Assembly: GCA_035572155.1 (NCBI GenBank)
Contig: DATNBD010000007.1
Location: forward strand, 1-55,126
DNA: 55,126 nucleotides
Origin: Rhodoferax sp.
GTDB lineage: Bacteria; Pseudomonadota; Gammaproteobacteria; Burkholderiales; Burkholderiaceae_C
Direction of reading: 5' to 3'
The notes beneath the pieces were generated by a model that was not told where the DNA came from, searched no databases, and was given only the letters and a program-made list of their open reading frames with translations. A program made the translations under genes and the position numbers. Below are positions 44,752 through 54,040 of this stretch, piece by piece. Every line of letters begins with the position of its first letter. Within the stretch, counting starts at the first letter, position 1.

Positions 44752-44880
44752 ATAAATCTCCTGCTATGACGCGGTCGAAAGAAAGCAGCGCCTGTGCCTG
44801 TGCTGCCTTGGAAGTGCGGGCGATGGTACTGCAATGAACTGCGATGCCGGGATAGGGGAAACGATAGGTCGTGAGTGAAT

Positions 44881-45996
44881 TCAAAACCGCAGCGGCCGGG
44901 TGTACCCTGTCATCTCGAGATAACCGCGGCCGACATGTCGGCCGTGATTGCCCGTCAGATCACTCAGACCTTCCCAGTAAACCGCGCCTGTGGAGGCGCG
45001 GCTGTCGAGCTCCTGGTTGGTTATGACCGCGCTGACAACATAGGTTCCCGCGGGTGTGCTGACGCGCCACTGTACCGGGTACACGGTTTGAGTCGCGGGG
45101 CTTTTCCAGCGGCGCAGCGCACTGAAAACGACCTCGCCGCGGTGGAAGGTTTTCAGATCACCCGAGGCAGAGCGGAACGAGCCACCGTCCCAAAGCGCGT
45201 CGCCAGCGCTGTCGCGTATGCGGAAGGCGGTGAGGGCGCTGCCGTCGTCCAGGTTCATGCCGATCCAGTCCCATCCAACCGCCTGGGGGTCGAGCAGGTC
45301 GTTGCTCCACTCATGGTCGAGCCACGCGCGGCCCGAGGTGATGTCGAGCGATTGTGACCCCAGGCGCAGCGTTCCCCGCACGGCCAGTTGCGGCTGGCTG
45401 TAGTAATGGCTGATTTCGGCGGGCAAAGGCCCCTTGCGGGACAAGCCGTGATCGCCCTGCAACAGCACCGGCTGGGTTTCGTCGCAGTGCAGGTCCAGGC
45501 CAAAGCCCTGCGCGGGCAGGCGCGCCGCATAGCTGCGTTCCTTGTGAACCAGGGACCAGTCGCGCAGTGTGATGTCGGTATCCTGCTCGCTCGCCGAAGC
45601 GAGGTCGAACCCGGCGTGCCCTGACGATCTGGCGATGCGCTGGTCGTGCAGCATTTTTTTGCTGCGCACGTCGGTGAGCGCGGCATGGGCGAAGATCAAC
45701 TGCCTGGCCGCGAAGGCCGATGTCAGCGCCTGTGTCGCCGCCACGCGCGAGCGAAAGAACGTGAGCTGGAAACCGAATTCACGCGGGCCGGACGAGTCGG
45801 CGGCAGTCGCATAGCCGGTGATGTACCACCACTCGGTGCGAAAGTCCGGGTGGGTTGCGTAGTCGCGCGGAAAGACCATGGGCCGGCGCAGACTGCTCAC
45901 GGGCGCCGCACCAGCCCACAGCGCCAATCCCGCCAACCCGGTTCCCAGCAGGCGGCGGCGTAGCGGTTGGAAGAGTGGCCTCGCGCGGGAATTCAT
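44881..45996 (-). CDS. AttH / lipocalin-like (carotenoid 1,2-hydratase family) exported protein
   Basis: Twin-Arg-like RRRLLG signal; FPRD..HP.FRTEWWY, FGFQLTFFR, YYSQP, WLDHEWS, GWDW, YWEG and GYLEMTGY motifs. Confidence 0.88.
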   Translation of the reverse strand: MNSRARPLFQPLRRRLLGTGLAGLALWAGAAPVSSLRRPMVFPRDYATHPDFRTEWWYITGYATAADSSGPREFGFQLTFFRSRVAATQALTSAFAARQLIFAHAALTDVRSKKMLHDQRIARSSGHAGFDLASASEQDTDITLRDWSLVHKERSYAARLPAQGFGLDLHCDETQPVLLQGDHGLSRKGPLPAEISHYYSQPQLAVRGTLRLGSQSLDITSGRAWLDHEWSNDLLDPQAVGWDWIGMNLDDGSALTAFRIRDSAGDALWDGGSFRSASGDLKTFHRGEVVFSALRRWKSPATQTVYPVQWRVSTPAGTYVVSAVITNQELDSRASTGAVYWEGLSDLTGNHGRHVGRGYLEMTGYTRPLRF

Positions 45997-46016
45997 GCCA
46001 GGCGCCTGTCGGGCGA

Positions 46017-46130
46017 TCAATTCAGCCGGGCTTCGGTGCAGTCGCCGATCGTGCGATCGACCCATTGGGCGTCGTGGTAGTTCGACAGGTAGCGCTCGCC
46101 GGAGTCGCACAACAGCGACAGGATGGAGAC
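46017..46130 (-). pseudogene. 3' remnant of a PLP-dependent cysteine synthase family gene
   Basis: SILSLLCDSGERYLSNYHDAQWVDRTIGDC matches the cysteine synthase-family C-terminal (C/P)DxGERY motif; the rest of the gene is absent. Confidence 0.65.
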
Positions 46131-46238
46131 GCTGGCATATGAGGGCGTGGTCATTCCCCGATTTTCGCAGGATGTGTCCGCTTTGCGAGCCCTTCCTACA
46201 ATGAGATATTTCGCGGCCGCAAGCCACAGGAGCAGCAC

Positions 46239-47030
46239 ATGATCGTCGAACGCATCTGGACCGGCAACGCCTGGCGCAACTTCAACTATCTGATCGCCTG
46301 CCCCGAAACCGGCGAGGCACTCGCGATCGACCCGCTCGATCATGAAAAGACACTGGCCACCGCCAGGGTGCGGGGCTGGCAGATCACGCAGGTCCTGAAC
46401 ACCCATGAACACCACGACCACACCGGCGGCAACGCGGCCGTGATCGCCGCCACCGGCGCGAAACTGATCGCGCACCACAAGGCCGGCGCGCGCATTGCCG
46501 GCGTGGACCGGGGCGTGCAGGCGGGCGATGTGATCAAGGTCGGCAAGACCGTCGAGCTCGAATGCCTGGACACGCCCGGCCACACGATGTGCCACATCTG
46601 CCTGCGTTCGCACACCGACCAGCCCGCGCTGTTCTCGGGCGATACGTTGTTCAACGCGGGCGCCGGCAATGTGCACAACGGGGGCGACGTCGGCGCTTTG
46701 TATGCGACCTTCGTGGAGCAACTGGCGCGGCTGCCTGACAACACACAGATCTACCCCGGGCACGACTACATCGAGAACAACCTGAAATTCACGCTCGCGC
46801 GCGAGCCGGAGAACACCGCCGCCAAGGACTTGTTGCCGGTGGTGACCGGCCATGACCCGGCTCGCTCCGCCGTGACAACGCTCCACGAGGAGAAGCAGTT
46901 CAACACTTTCATGCGCCTGCGCAGTCCCGGACTGATTGCCCGGCTGCGCGAGAGCTTCCCCGACTTGCCGGAACAGCCCGATGCCAAAACGGTGTTCATG
47001 AAGCTGCGCGAACTGCGCAACAGCTGGTAG
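46239..47030 (+). CDS. Hydroxyacylglutathione hydrolase-like metallo-beta-lactamase
   Basis: THEHHDHTGG, TPGHT, FSGDTLF and YPGHDY motifs; AGGAG ribosome-binding site. Confidence 0.9.
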   Translation: MIVERIWTGNAWRNFNYLIACPETGEALAIDPLDHEKTLATARVRGWQITQVLNTHEHHDHTGGNAAVIAATGAKLIAHHKAGARIAGVDRGVQAGDVIKVGKTVELECLDTPGHTMCHICLRSHTDQPALFSGDTLFNAGAGNVHNGGDVGALYATFVEQLARLPDNTQIYPGHDYIENNLKFTLAREPENTAAKDLLPVVTGHDPARSAVTTLHEEKQFNTFMRLRSPGLIARLRESFPDLPEQPDAKTVFMKLRELRNSW

Positions 47031-47088
47031 CGGGCGCCGGCGCGCCTATTATTGGCGTAGCGCCCATCGCCGTTTGAATGGAGATTCC

Positions 47089-48549
47089 ATGGAAACCGCC
47101 GCCAACCCCATGCCACAGACTATGCACCCGCCGCCGGCCCCGCGCCGGCTCGCCGATTTGCCTGGCCCGGCGCGTCTGCCGCTGTTGGGCAACCTGCTGC
47201 AGATCAAGCCCGCCAACATGCACCGTCAGCTGGAGGCGTGGGCACAGGCGTATGGGCCTCTTTTTCGTATCCAGTTGGGCCGTCGCAAGTTGCTCGTCGT
47301 GGCCGACCATGGGCTGTTCGGCGCGGCGCTGCGCGATCGGCCCGAGCGCTTCAGCCGGCCGCTGCTGGGCGGGCGCATCAGCCGCGAAATGGGTTTCGAT
47401 CAGGGCTTGTTCTTCGCCAATGACGAGGTCTGGCGGCGCCAGCGCCGCATGGTCATGGCAGGCCTGGATCCGGGACACATCAAGGCGTATTTCCCGTCGT
47501 TGCTGAAGGTGACCCGGCGCCTGCAGGCGCGCTGGCAGGCCGCCGCCGGGGCGGGCGCAAGCATTGACCTGCAGGCGGACCTGATGCGTTTCACGGTCGA
47601 TGCCATTGCCGGCCTGGCGTTCGGTGCCGACGTCAACACCCTGTCGAGCGACGAGGACGTGATCCAGCAGCATCTGAACAAGATCTTTCCCGCGATGTCC
47701 CGGCGCATTTTTGCGCTGGTGCCTTACTGGCGCTATATCCGGCTGCCGGCGGATCGTGCGCTGGACCGCAGCGTGGCCGAAGTGCAGGTGGCCGTGCGGG
47801 GCTTCATTGCCGAGGCGCGCCGCCGGCTGCAGGCCGACCCGACGCTGCGCGAGCGTCCGAGCAATCTGCTGGAGGCCATGATCGTCGCCGCCGACCAGGG
47901 CGACAGCGGAATGGATGACCACGACGTGGCGGGCAATGTGGTGACGATGTTGCTTGCCGGCGAAGACACCACGGCCAACACGCTGGCCTGGATGATCTAT
48001 CTGCTCTGGCGCAACCCGCAGGCGCTGGCGCGCGCGCGCGAGGAAGTGCGGCGAGTGGCCGGCGACCCCGCGCAGTTCACGCCCGAGCGCATGGCGGGGC
48101 TGGACTATCTGGAAGCCTGCGCGCACGAAACCATGCGGCTCAAGCCAGTGGCGCCGCTGCTGGCAGTGCAGACGGTTCAGGGCACCACGCTGGCGGATGT
48201 CGAACTGCCCGCGGGCACCGTCGTGATGGGCTTGATGCGGCACGACAGCCTGCAGGACAGTCACTTCCCCGACGCGGCGGCCTTCTTGCCCGAGCGCTGG
48301 CTGGGGGACGGCGGGCCGGCCCAGGCCGTGAGTTCGGCCAAGCGCGTGTCCATGCCGTTCGGCGCGGGGCCGCGCGTTTGCCCCGGGCGCTATCTGGCGC
48401 TGCTGGAGATCAAGATGGCCGCGGCGGCGCTGCTCTCGAGTTTCGAGATCGGCAGCGTGGGCCCGTCTGCGGGCACCGACGTGCCCGAGCATTTGGCCTT
48501 CAGTATGGGCCCGCGAGGACTGCGCATGCGGCTGCGCGAGCGCGCTTAG
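47089..48549 (+). CDS. Cytochrome P450
   Basis: LPGP..LPLLGN, I-helix AGEDTT, ExxR (ETMR), PERW and heme motif FGAGPRVCPG. Confidence 0.95.
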   Translation: METAANPMPQTMHPPPAPRRLADLPGPARLPLLGNLLQIKPANMHRQLEAWAQAYGPLFRIQLGRRKLLVVADHGLFGAALRDRPERFSRPLLGGRISREMGFDQGLFFANDEVWRRQRRMVMAGLDPGHIKAYFPSLLKVTRRLQARWQAAAGAGASIDLQADLMRFTVDAIAGLAFGADVNTLSSDEDVIQQHLNKIFPAMSRRIFALVPYWRYIRLPADRALDRSVAEVQVAVRGFIAEARRRLQADPTLRERPSNLLEAMIVAADQGDSGMDDHDVAGNVVTMLLAGEDTTANTLAWMIYLLWRNPQALARAREEVRRVAGDPAQFTPERMAGLDYLEACAHETMRLKPVAPLLAVQTVQGTTLADVELPAGTVVMGLMRHDSLQDSHFPDAAAFLPERWLGDGGPAQAVSSAKRVSMPFGAGPRVCPGRYLALLEIKMAAAALLSSFEIGSVGPSAGTDVPEHLAFSMGPRGLRMRLRERA

Positions 48550-48560
48550 GCAGCCGCCCG

Positions 48561-51206
48561 CTACCAGTCGTCCTTCACCGCCAGCACCGCATCGCGGCCG
48601 GCGGCGGCACGCCCCGCCAGCCAGGCCGTGGCCGTGCCGGCCAGAACGACCGCCGCGCACAGCGTGAGCAGGCGCAGCCACGGCACCTGCAGGTCCATGG
48701 TCCAGTGAAAGCTTTGCGGATTTACCACGCGCACCAGCACCACCGAAACGGCCAGGCCCAGCGCGAGCCCGGCGATGGCGCCGATCACCGTCCAGGCCGC
48801 GCCTTCGCCGGCCACCACCGCCAGAATCTGCCGGCGCGTGAGTCCCAGGTGCGCGAGCAGACCGAACTCGCGCCGGCGCGCCAGCACCTGGGCGCCGAAG
48901 GACGCCGCCACGCCAAACAGCCCGATCGCGATCGCCACGGCCTGCAGCCACCAGGTCACGGCAAAGCTGCGGTCGAAGATTCGCAGCGAGCTCGCCCGAA
49001 TCTGGCCGGCCGAGGCGAAGTCGATCAGCGCGCCCGCGCCGGACTGCTGCTCGGCCACGTCGCGGATGGCCTGCTGCAGGCGCGCCGGGTCGGTGCCGGG
49101 CTGCAGCCACAGGGCCAGGTCGTTCACACGCGCATCGCCCGTGAGCCGCTCGAAGTCGCGCCGGTCCAGCGCGATCGCGCCAAACTGGCGTGCATAGTCG
49201 CGCCACACGCCTGCTACAAAGAACGTAGCTGACTTTGTTTTGTCATCAAGGGATACAGCGCCAAAAGATGCTGATAGCGGAGCGAATACGGCGCCGGGCC
49301 GCGCACGGTACAGGTCCACCACCGCCTCGCTGACGTAAATCGCCACGTCGCCGGGCGGCACCGGCAGCGCGGGCGCCAGCAGCGGCAGGTTGTGCGCCCC
49401 CTCGTCGATGTCGCGTGCGATCAGCGTCACGGCCGGTTCGCGGGGTGCCAGTTGCAAGCGGCTGCTGCGCAGCGCGCTCACGCGCCGCACGCCGGGCAGG
49501 CGCATTACCGCCTGCACGAACTGCGGCGGAAGGTAGACCGCATCGTCACCACTGCCGGCCGTGGCGCTGCGCACATACAGGTCGGCCGGCAGCACCACGT
49601 CCAGCCATTGCATGACCGAGCCGCGAAAGCTCCCCACCATCACCGTCAGCGCGACGGCCAAGCTGAGCGCCGCGACCACGCCGCTGATGGCCACCGCGGC
49701 GCTCTCGCGCACGCGGCGTGCGCGCTCGACCGCCAGGAGCGGAAGCAGGCGGTGCGCCACCCGCGGAGCGAGCCGGTCGTACAGCAGCGCCACCAGCCAG
49801 GGCAGGGCGGTGATGCCGCCCACCAGCAGCAGCGCGACGGACAGGTAGGCCGCCAATGGAATGCCAAATACGGGTGGAGCCCATGCCAGCAGGGTACCAA
49901 TAGCTATCAAAATGATACTCAGCCAATGCGTGCGCGTGCCGCCCGGTACCGCGCTCAGGCCCTTCAGGGTTTGCGCCGGCGGCAGTTTCTGCGCGGCCCG
50001 GGCCGGCCACCAGGCGCCAGCCAGCGCGGCCAGCACACCGAGCGCGCCATAGGTCAGAGCGGCGGCGCCGCCCCACTGCAAGGCGGGCGCCTCGCCCACA
50101 AAATAGCCGCCGCCCAGATCGCCGCCCAGCAGGTGCAACGCGAGCGCGGCCAGGCCGGTGCCGAGCGCGATGCCGGCGCTGCTGCCCAGCAGCCCGAGCA
50201 CACCGGATTCGATCAATACCAGCCGCAGGCGCTCGCGTCCGGTGAGCCCGAGCACGCTCAGCAAGGCGAACTGCTGGGCGCGCTTGGCCACGCTGAGCGA
50301 CAGCACCGAATACACCAGAAACGCGCCGGTGAAAAGGGCCACCAGCGCCAGCACCGTCAGGTTCACGCGGTAGGCGCGCGAGAGCACATCCGTGCGCTGG
50401 CCGGCATCGCTAGGTGCGCTGGCGCTGACGCCTGGGGGCAGTTGCAGCGCACGCAGGAACGCCGCACGATCCGCGCCGGCGCGCAGCCGCACGTCGATGC
50501 GCGTGAGCCGGCCGAGCTGGCCGAACAGTTCCTGAGCGGCCGCGATGTCCATCACCGCCAGCGGCGCGCCACCGGCGCTCACCGTGCCCGCGACGCGCAC
50601 CGTGTGCAGCGCCAGCCCGCTTTGCAGTTGCAGCGAGGCCGTGGACTTGCCCGAGGCTGTTTCCAGCGCACGGCGCGCCGCCGGATTCAAAAACACCGTG
50701 GCCGGCGCCAGCACCGACAGCCGGTCCGCGCCGGCCCGCGGCATCGGCAGCAAGGCCGGCGCCACCGACGCGACCACGAGCGCATCGATGCCCAGCACGC
50801 GCAGCGGCACGCGTGTACCGTCCGTAGTAATGTCGCCCCCACGCACGCCCACTGCGTATGGCTCGCTGCCCCCCGAGGGGGCCCTCGCGCCTTCGGGCGG
50901 TCGGGCGGCGCTCAGCGCGTAGGTCGCCAGTTCCAGCACCGGGCTGGCCACGGCCACCTGCGGCAGATGCGCGACACGCGCGAACAGTGTGTCGTCGAAG
51001 CTGCCCTGGGCCGCATGCAGCGTCAGGTCGGGCTGGCCGTCCACCGAGCGCACGGCGCTGGAGAATTCGCCCAGCGCCGAGGCGTTGATGAGCTGGACCG
51101 AGAACGCCAGCGCCACGCCCAGCATCACCGCCACCACGGCCGCGGCGTTGCGCCAGGGGTGGTGTCGTAATTCCTGCCAGGAGAAAGTGCAAAGCAGGGC
51201 GCGCAT
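48561..51206 (-). CDS. FtsX/MacB-like ABC permease (AttF/G-like)
   Basis: Two TM clusters with R..(Q/E)F.LL..LG motifs; MDIAAAQ, SFRGSV..WLD and VNPQSFHW motifs. Confidence 0.9.
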   Translation of the reverse strand: MRALLCTFSWQELRHHPWRNAAAVVAVMLGVALAFSVQLINASALGEFSSAVRSVDGQPDLTLHAAQGSFDDTLFARVAHLPQVAVASPVLELATYALSAARPPEGARAPSGGSEPYAVGVRGGDITTDGTRVPLRVLGIDALVVASVAPALLPMPRAGADRLSVLAPATVFLNPAARRALETASGKSTASLQLQSGLALHTVRVAGTVSAGGAPLAVMDIAAAQELFGQLGRLTRIDVRLRAGADRAAFLRALQLPPGVSASAPSDAGQRTDVLSRAYRVNLTVLALVALFTGAFLVYSVLSLSVAKRAQQFALLSVLGLTGRERLRLVLIESGVLGLLGSSAGIALGTGLAALALHLLGGDLGGGYFVGEAPALQWGGAAALTYGALGVLAALAGAWWPARAAQKLPPAQTLKGLSAVPGGTRTHWLSIILIAIGTLLAWAPPVFGIPLAAYLSVALLLVGGITALPWLVALLYDRLAPRVAHRLLPLLAVERARRVRESAAVAISGVVAALSLAVALTVMVGSFRGSVMQWLDVVLPADLYVRSATAGSGDDAVYLPPQFVQAVMRLPGVRRVSALRSSRLQLAPREPAVTLIARDIDEGAHNLPLLAPALPVPPGDVAIYVSEAVVDLYRARPGAVFAPLSASFGAVSLDDKTKSATFFVAGVWRDYARQFGAIALDRRDFERLTGDARVNDLALWLQPGTDPARLQQAIRDVAEQQSGAGALIDFASAGQIRASSLRIFDRSFAVTWWLQAVAIAIGLFGVAASFGAQVLARRREFGLLAHLGLTRRQILAVVAGEGAAWTVIGAIAGLALGLAVSVVLVRVVNPQSFHWTMDLQVPWLRLLTLCAAVVLAGTATAWLAGRAAAGRDAVLAVKDDW
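49212..49267 (+). repeat. Dispersed ~55-bp bipartite motif, copy F (inside ABC permease)
   Basis: TGCTAC-AAAGAAC-GTAGC-TGACTTTGTTTTGTCATCAA-GGGAT-ACAGCGCC-AAAAG. Confidence 0.75.
49864..49920 (-). repeat. Dispersed ~55-bp bipartite motif, copy G (inside a predicted TM helix of the ABC permease)
   Basis: Minus strand: GAGTAT-CATTTTG-ATAGC-TATTGGTACCCTGCTGGCAT-GGGCT-CCACCCGT-ATTTG; encodes SIILIAIGTLLAWAPPVFG. Confidence 0.7.
50828..50915 (-). mobile_element. REP/RPE-like GC-rich palindromic element, apparently inserted in frame in the ABC permease
   Basis: CTGAGCGCCGCCCGACCGCCCGAAG...GCCCCC-TCG-GGGGGC...GGGGGCGACATTA; encodes SAARPPEGARAPSGGSEPYAVGVRGGDI. Shares its 5' end with the 43910-43978 element. 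Confidence 0.6.
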
Positions 51207-51280
51207 GAACCGGCATTGTGCCGCCCGCCATGATGCGCCGCCCGGTCTTACACTGATCACCCAAAGAGAAAGGTGGATGC

Positions 51281-51661
51281 ATGGCACTCGGTTGGCTCAC
51301 GGCCTTGAAAACCATTCCGTGGACGGACGTCATCAGCACGGCGCCCGTGGTGGTGGACGGCGCGAAGAAGCTGTGGCACTCCGTGGGCAAGAAGCCAGCG
51401 CATCCGGTGCCATTGCCGCCTTCCGCTGCCGCGGCAGAGGCGCCAAGCATCGGCGCGCTGCAGGCCCGCATCGCCGCGCTGGAGGCCGAGGCGGCTGACT
51501 TGCACGGCCAGATGGTCAGCTCGTCCGAACTGATCAAGGCACTGGCCGAGCAGAACACGCAGCTCATCCGCCGCATCGAAGCCAGCCGGGTGCGCCTGCT
51601 CTGGCTGGCGGTTGCTACCGCGATCACGGCCATCGTCGCGATTGTGGCCGTGGTGCGATAG
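51281..51661 (+). CDS. Hypothetical coiled-coil protein with C-terminal TM anchor
   Basis: Purine-rich RBS (AAAGGTGGA); WLTALKTIPWTDVI, heptad region and hydrophobic C-terminus. Confidence 0.75.
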   Translation: MALGWLTALKTIPWTDVISTAPVVVDGAKKLWHSVGKKPAHPVPLPPSAAAAEAPSIGALQARIAALEAEAADLHGQMVSSSELIKALAEQNTQLIRRIEASRVRLLWLAVATAITAIVAIVAVVR

Positions 51662-51690
51662 CTCGAAAAAATCACCAGGAAGGATCGGAT

Positions 51691-52302
51691 ATGACTGGCC
51701 CCACCACACAATTCTGGCAAGAGCGCTTCGAGAACCATCAGACCGATTGGGATCGCGGCGCCCCCAATCCCCAGTTGCTGGCGTGGCTGGACAGCGGCGT
51801 CTTGCAACCCTGCCGCATTGCCGTGCCGGGCTGTGGCGGCGGCTGGGAGGTGGCCGAACTGGCGCGGCGCGGCTTCGACGTCACCGCGCTCGACTACACG
51901 CCGGCCGCCATCGCAAAAACGCAGGCGCTACTGGACGCCCAGGGTCTGGCGGCGCAAGTCATCCAGGCCGACGTGCTGCGCTATCAGTCGGCGACGGCGT
52001 TCGATGCCATTTACGAGCAAACCTGCCTGTGCGCGATCCACCCGGATCAATGGCAGGAATACGCCAGCCAGTTGCACCGCTGGCTGCGTCCTGGCGCGAG
52101 CCTGTGGGCGCTGTTCATGCAGGCGATTCGCCCCGGCGCTACCGAAGAAGGCCTGATCCAGGGGCCGCCGTACCACTGCGATATCAATGCGATGCGGGCG
52201 CTGTTTGCGCCGCCGAGCTGGGTCTGGCCCAGGCCGCCTTATGCCAAGGTGCCGCATCCGCGCCTGGTGCATGAACTGGCGCTGCGACTGACGCGTGTGT
52301 GA
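51691..52302 (+). CDS. Thiopurine S-methyltransferase family SAM-dependent methyltransferase
   Basis: FWQERF...WDRG, VPGCG.G, YEQTCLCAI and GPPY motifs. Confidence 0.9.
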   Translation: MTGPTTQFWQERFENHQTDWDRGAPNPQLLAWLDSGVLQPCRIAVPGCGGGWEVAELARRGFDVTALDYTPAAIAKTQALLDAQGLAAQVIQADVLRYQSATAFDAIYEQTCLCAIHPDQWQEYASQLHRWLRPGASLWALFMQAIRPGATEEGLIQGPPYHCDINAMRALFAPPSWVWPRPPYAKVPHPRLVHELALRLTRV

Positions 52303-52336
52303 CGGTTGCTCCCGCCGCAAAGCACAGAGGCCCGTT

Positions 52337-52828
52337 GTGCCGCAGGAGCCCCGACTGACACGCGAGTTGCGCGCGTTGTTGTGTGCGCAGCGCACCGCGG
52401 CGCTGGGCACCACGGCCGATGACGGCGCTGCCTTCGTCTCCATGGTGCCGTTCGCGCTGGAACCCACCTCGGGTTGCGTGGTGATTCATGTCAGCGCGCT
52501 GGCCGCGCATACGCGTCACCTCGTGGACCGGCCCCGCGTATCGCTGCTGGTGATGCAGCCGGAAGTGCCGGGTCAACCGGTTCACGCGCTGCCTCGCGTC
52601 ACGCTCGAAGGCGAAGCCACTGTGCTGGCGCCCGACAGCCCGCCATGGCTCGCGTGCCGCGCCGCGTACCTGGCCCGGTTCCCCGAGGCCGCGTTCATGA
52701 CGCAGTTGGGCGACTTCCGGTTTGTCGCGGTTCAGGTCACGCGCGCCCGCCATGTGGCGGGGTTTGGCGCGGCGCGCGATGTGGATCGTGATGAAGTCCA
52801 GCGCGTGATGGGGCTGGAAAATCCCTAG
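52337..52828 (+). CDS. Pyridoxamine 5'-phosphate oxidase-like / HugZ family protein
   Basis: AALGT, HVSALAAHTRHL, RVTLEG, YLARFP, LGDF and VAGFGAA motifs; GTG start after GAGG (uncertain). Confidence 0.85.
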   Translation: MPQEPRLTRELRALLCAQRTAALGTTADDGAAFVSMVPFALEPTSGCVVIHVSALAAHTRHLVDRPRVSLLVMQPEVPGQPVHALPRVTLEGEATVLAPDSPPWLACRAAYLARFPEAAFMTQLGDFRFVAVQVTRARHVAGFGAARDVDRDEVQRVMGLENP

Positions 52829-53286
52829 TGCGGTTGCGCTGCCGGGGGCGCCGCCGGCACCAGTCCGTGGCGCTGCATGGTCGCCATCAGCTTGGCGCGA
52901 TCGGGCGGCCCACCCGCATTCACGATGGCCGCCACTTCGCGGAAATACTGCGGCCCGATGTCCGGCGTGTTGAACACGAGCGCCCTGGCCGCCACCGCGT
53001 GGGGGTTGCTGAAGGCGTGAACTTCGCCGCGCGGCGTGGACATGAATTCGCCGGGCTGCAGGTCGCGCGTCTCGGGGCCCACTGTATAGCGCAAGGTTCC
53101 TTCGAGGACGTACACCAGCTCCTCGTTGTTGGAATGGCTGTGCGGTGGCGGCGCCATGGAGGCCGGCGGCACGCGCATCTCGAACATCCCGATCTCGGTG
53201 CCGTTGCCGGCCGTCTGCAGATACCGGATTTCCAGCGCGCCCACATGGATAAGTTCCGCGGCGGCTGGTGTATTCGCTTCCTTCAT
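52825..53286 (-). CDS. Cupin domain protein
   Basis: PPHSH...EELVYVLEG and PRGEVHAFSN cupin motifs; AGGAG ribosome-binding site. Confidence 0.9.
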   Translation of the reverse strand: MKEANTPAAAELIHVGALEIRYLQTAGNGTEIGMFEMRVPPASMAPPPHSHSNNEELVYVLEGTLRYTVGPETRDLQPGEFMSTPRGEVHAFSNPHAVAARALVFNTPDIGPQYFREVAAIVNAGGPPDRAKLMATMQRHGLVPAAPPAAQPH

Positions 53287-53300
53287 GGCAAACTCCTGGT

Positions 53301-53336
53301 GTAAAAAAACTGTACTTAAATGTACAAATACTTTAC
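53301..53336. promoter_or_regulatory. Tandem MarR-type operator in the cupin/MarR divergent gap
   Basis: GTAAAAAAACTGTAC (53301-15) and GTACAAATACTTTAC (53322-36), two GTA-N9-TAC imperfect palindromes. Confidence 0.55.
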
Positions 53337-53340
53337 GAAA

Positions 53341-53811
53341 ATGTCAAACAAAAAAATCGTCACTGCCAAAGCACTGGAGCGACCGGTGCCCACCCCGATG
53401 ATCGGCTCGCTGCTGCGCCTGCCGCACGAGGTCGTCACGGCGCGCATCCTTGCGACGCTCCAGAGCCATGGCTTCGACATCACGCCCACCGAACTGGGCG
53501 TATGTCTGTATCCGGGCCCCGAGGGGCGCCGGCCCGCCGAGCTGGCGCGGCAGTGCAACATGACGCGCCAGGCCATGAATTACGTGCTGGCCGGGCTGGA
53601 GCGCCGCGGCTATATCGAGCGGCAAGCCGTCCCCGGTTCTGCCGGGCGGGTGGTGCGCGCCACCGCCAAGGGCTGGAGCATGGTTGCACCGATCAGAAAT
53701 TGCATCGCCGAGATCGAGCAGGAATGGGCCGCCCATCTGGGTGCGCAGCGGTTCCGGGACTTGCACGAGACGCTGCACGATCTGGCGCGGTGGCTCGGCA
53801 AGCTCGATTGA
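53341..53811 (+). CDS. MarR family regulator
   Basis: RPAELARQCNMTRQAMNYVLAGLERRGYIER winged HTH and TAKG motif. Confidence 0.9.
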   Translation: MSNKKIVTAKALERPVPTPMIGSLLRLPHEVVTARILATLQSHGFDITPTELGVCLYPGPEGRRPAELARQCNMTRQAMNYVLAGLERRGYIERQAVPGSAGRVVRATAKGWSMVAPIRNCIAEIEQEWAAHLGAQRFRDLHETLHDLARWLGKLD

Positions 53812-54040
53812 CGCTGTGCATGGTTCGACGCCAGACGAGCGTCCCTGTCGGCGAATGGCCTTGCGGCGCCCCGATCACGCACTTCTGGGTCAAGGCTTTC
53901 TGGACTGCAACTGGACTTGCCGGTTGCTTGCGTCTATCCTTGTTTCACCTCCTTGGCTGCCGGCGGCGCCGACGAGGTGTTCCGCACCCATTGACGATGG
54001 CTACCGCCCGGCAAGGACTAACCCAACAGGAGAAAACCAA

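Noticed and set aside
53812-54040. Possible ECF-type promoter (GCAAC...CGTCTA) and CACCTC/GAGGTG hairpin upstream of the CHRD gene
   Set aside because: The spacer is longer than typical and the stem is short, so it is not distinguishable from chance.
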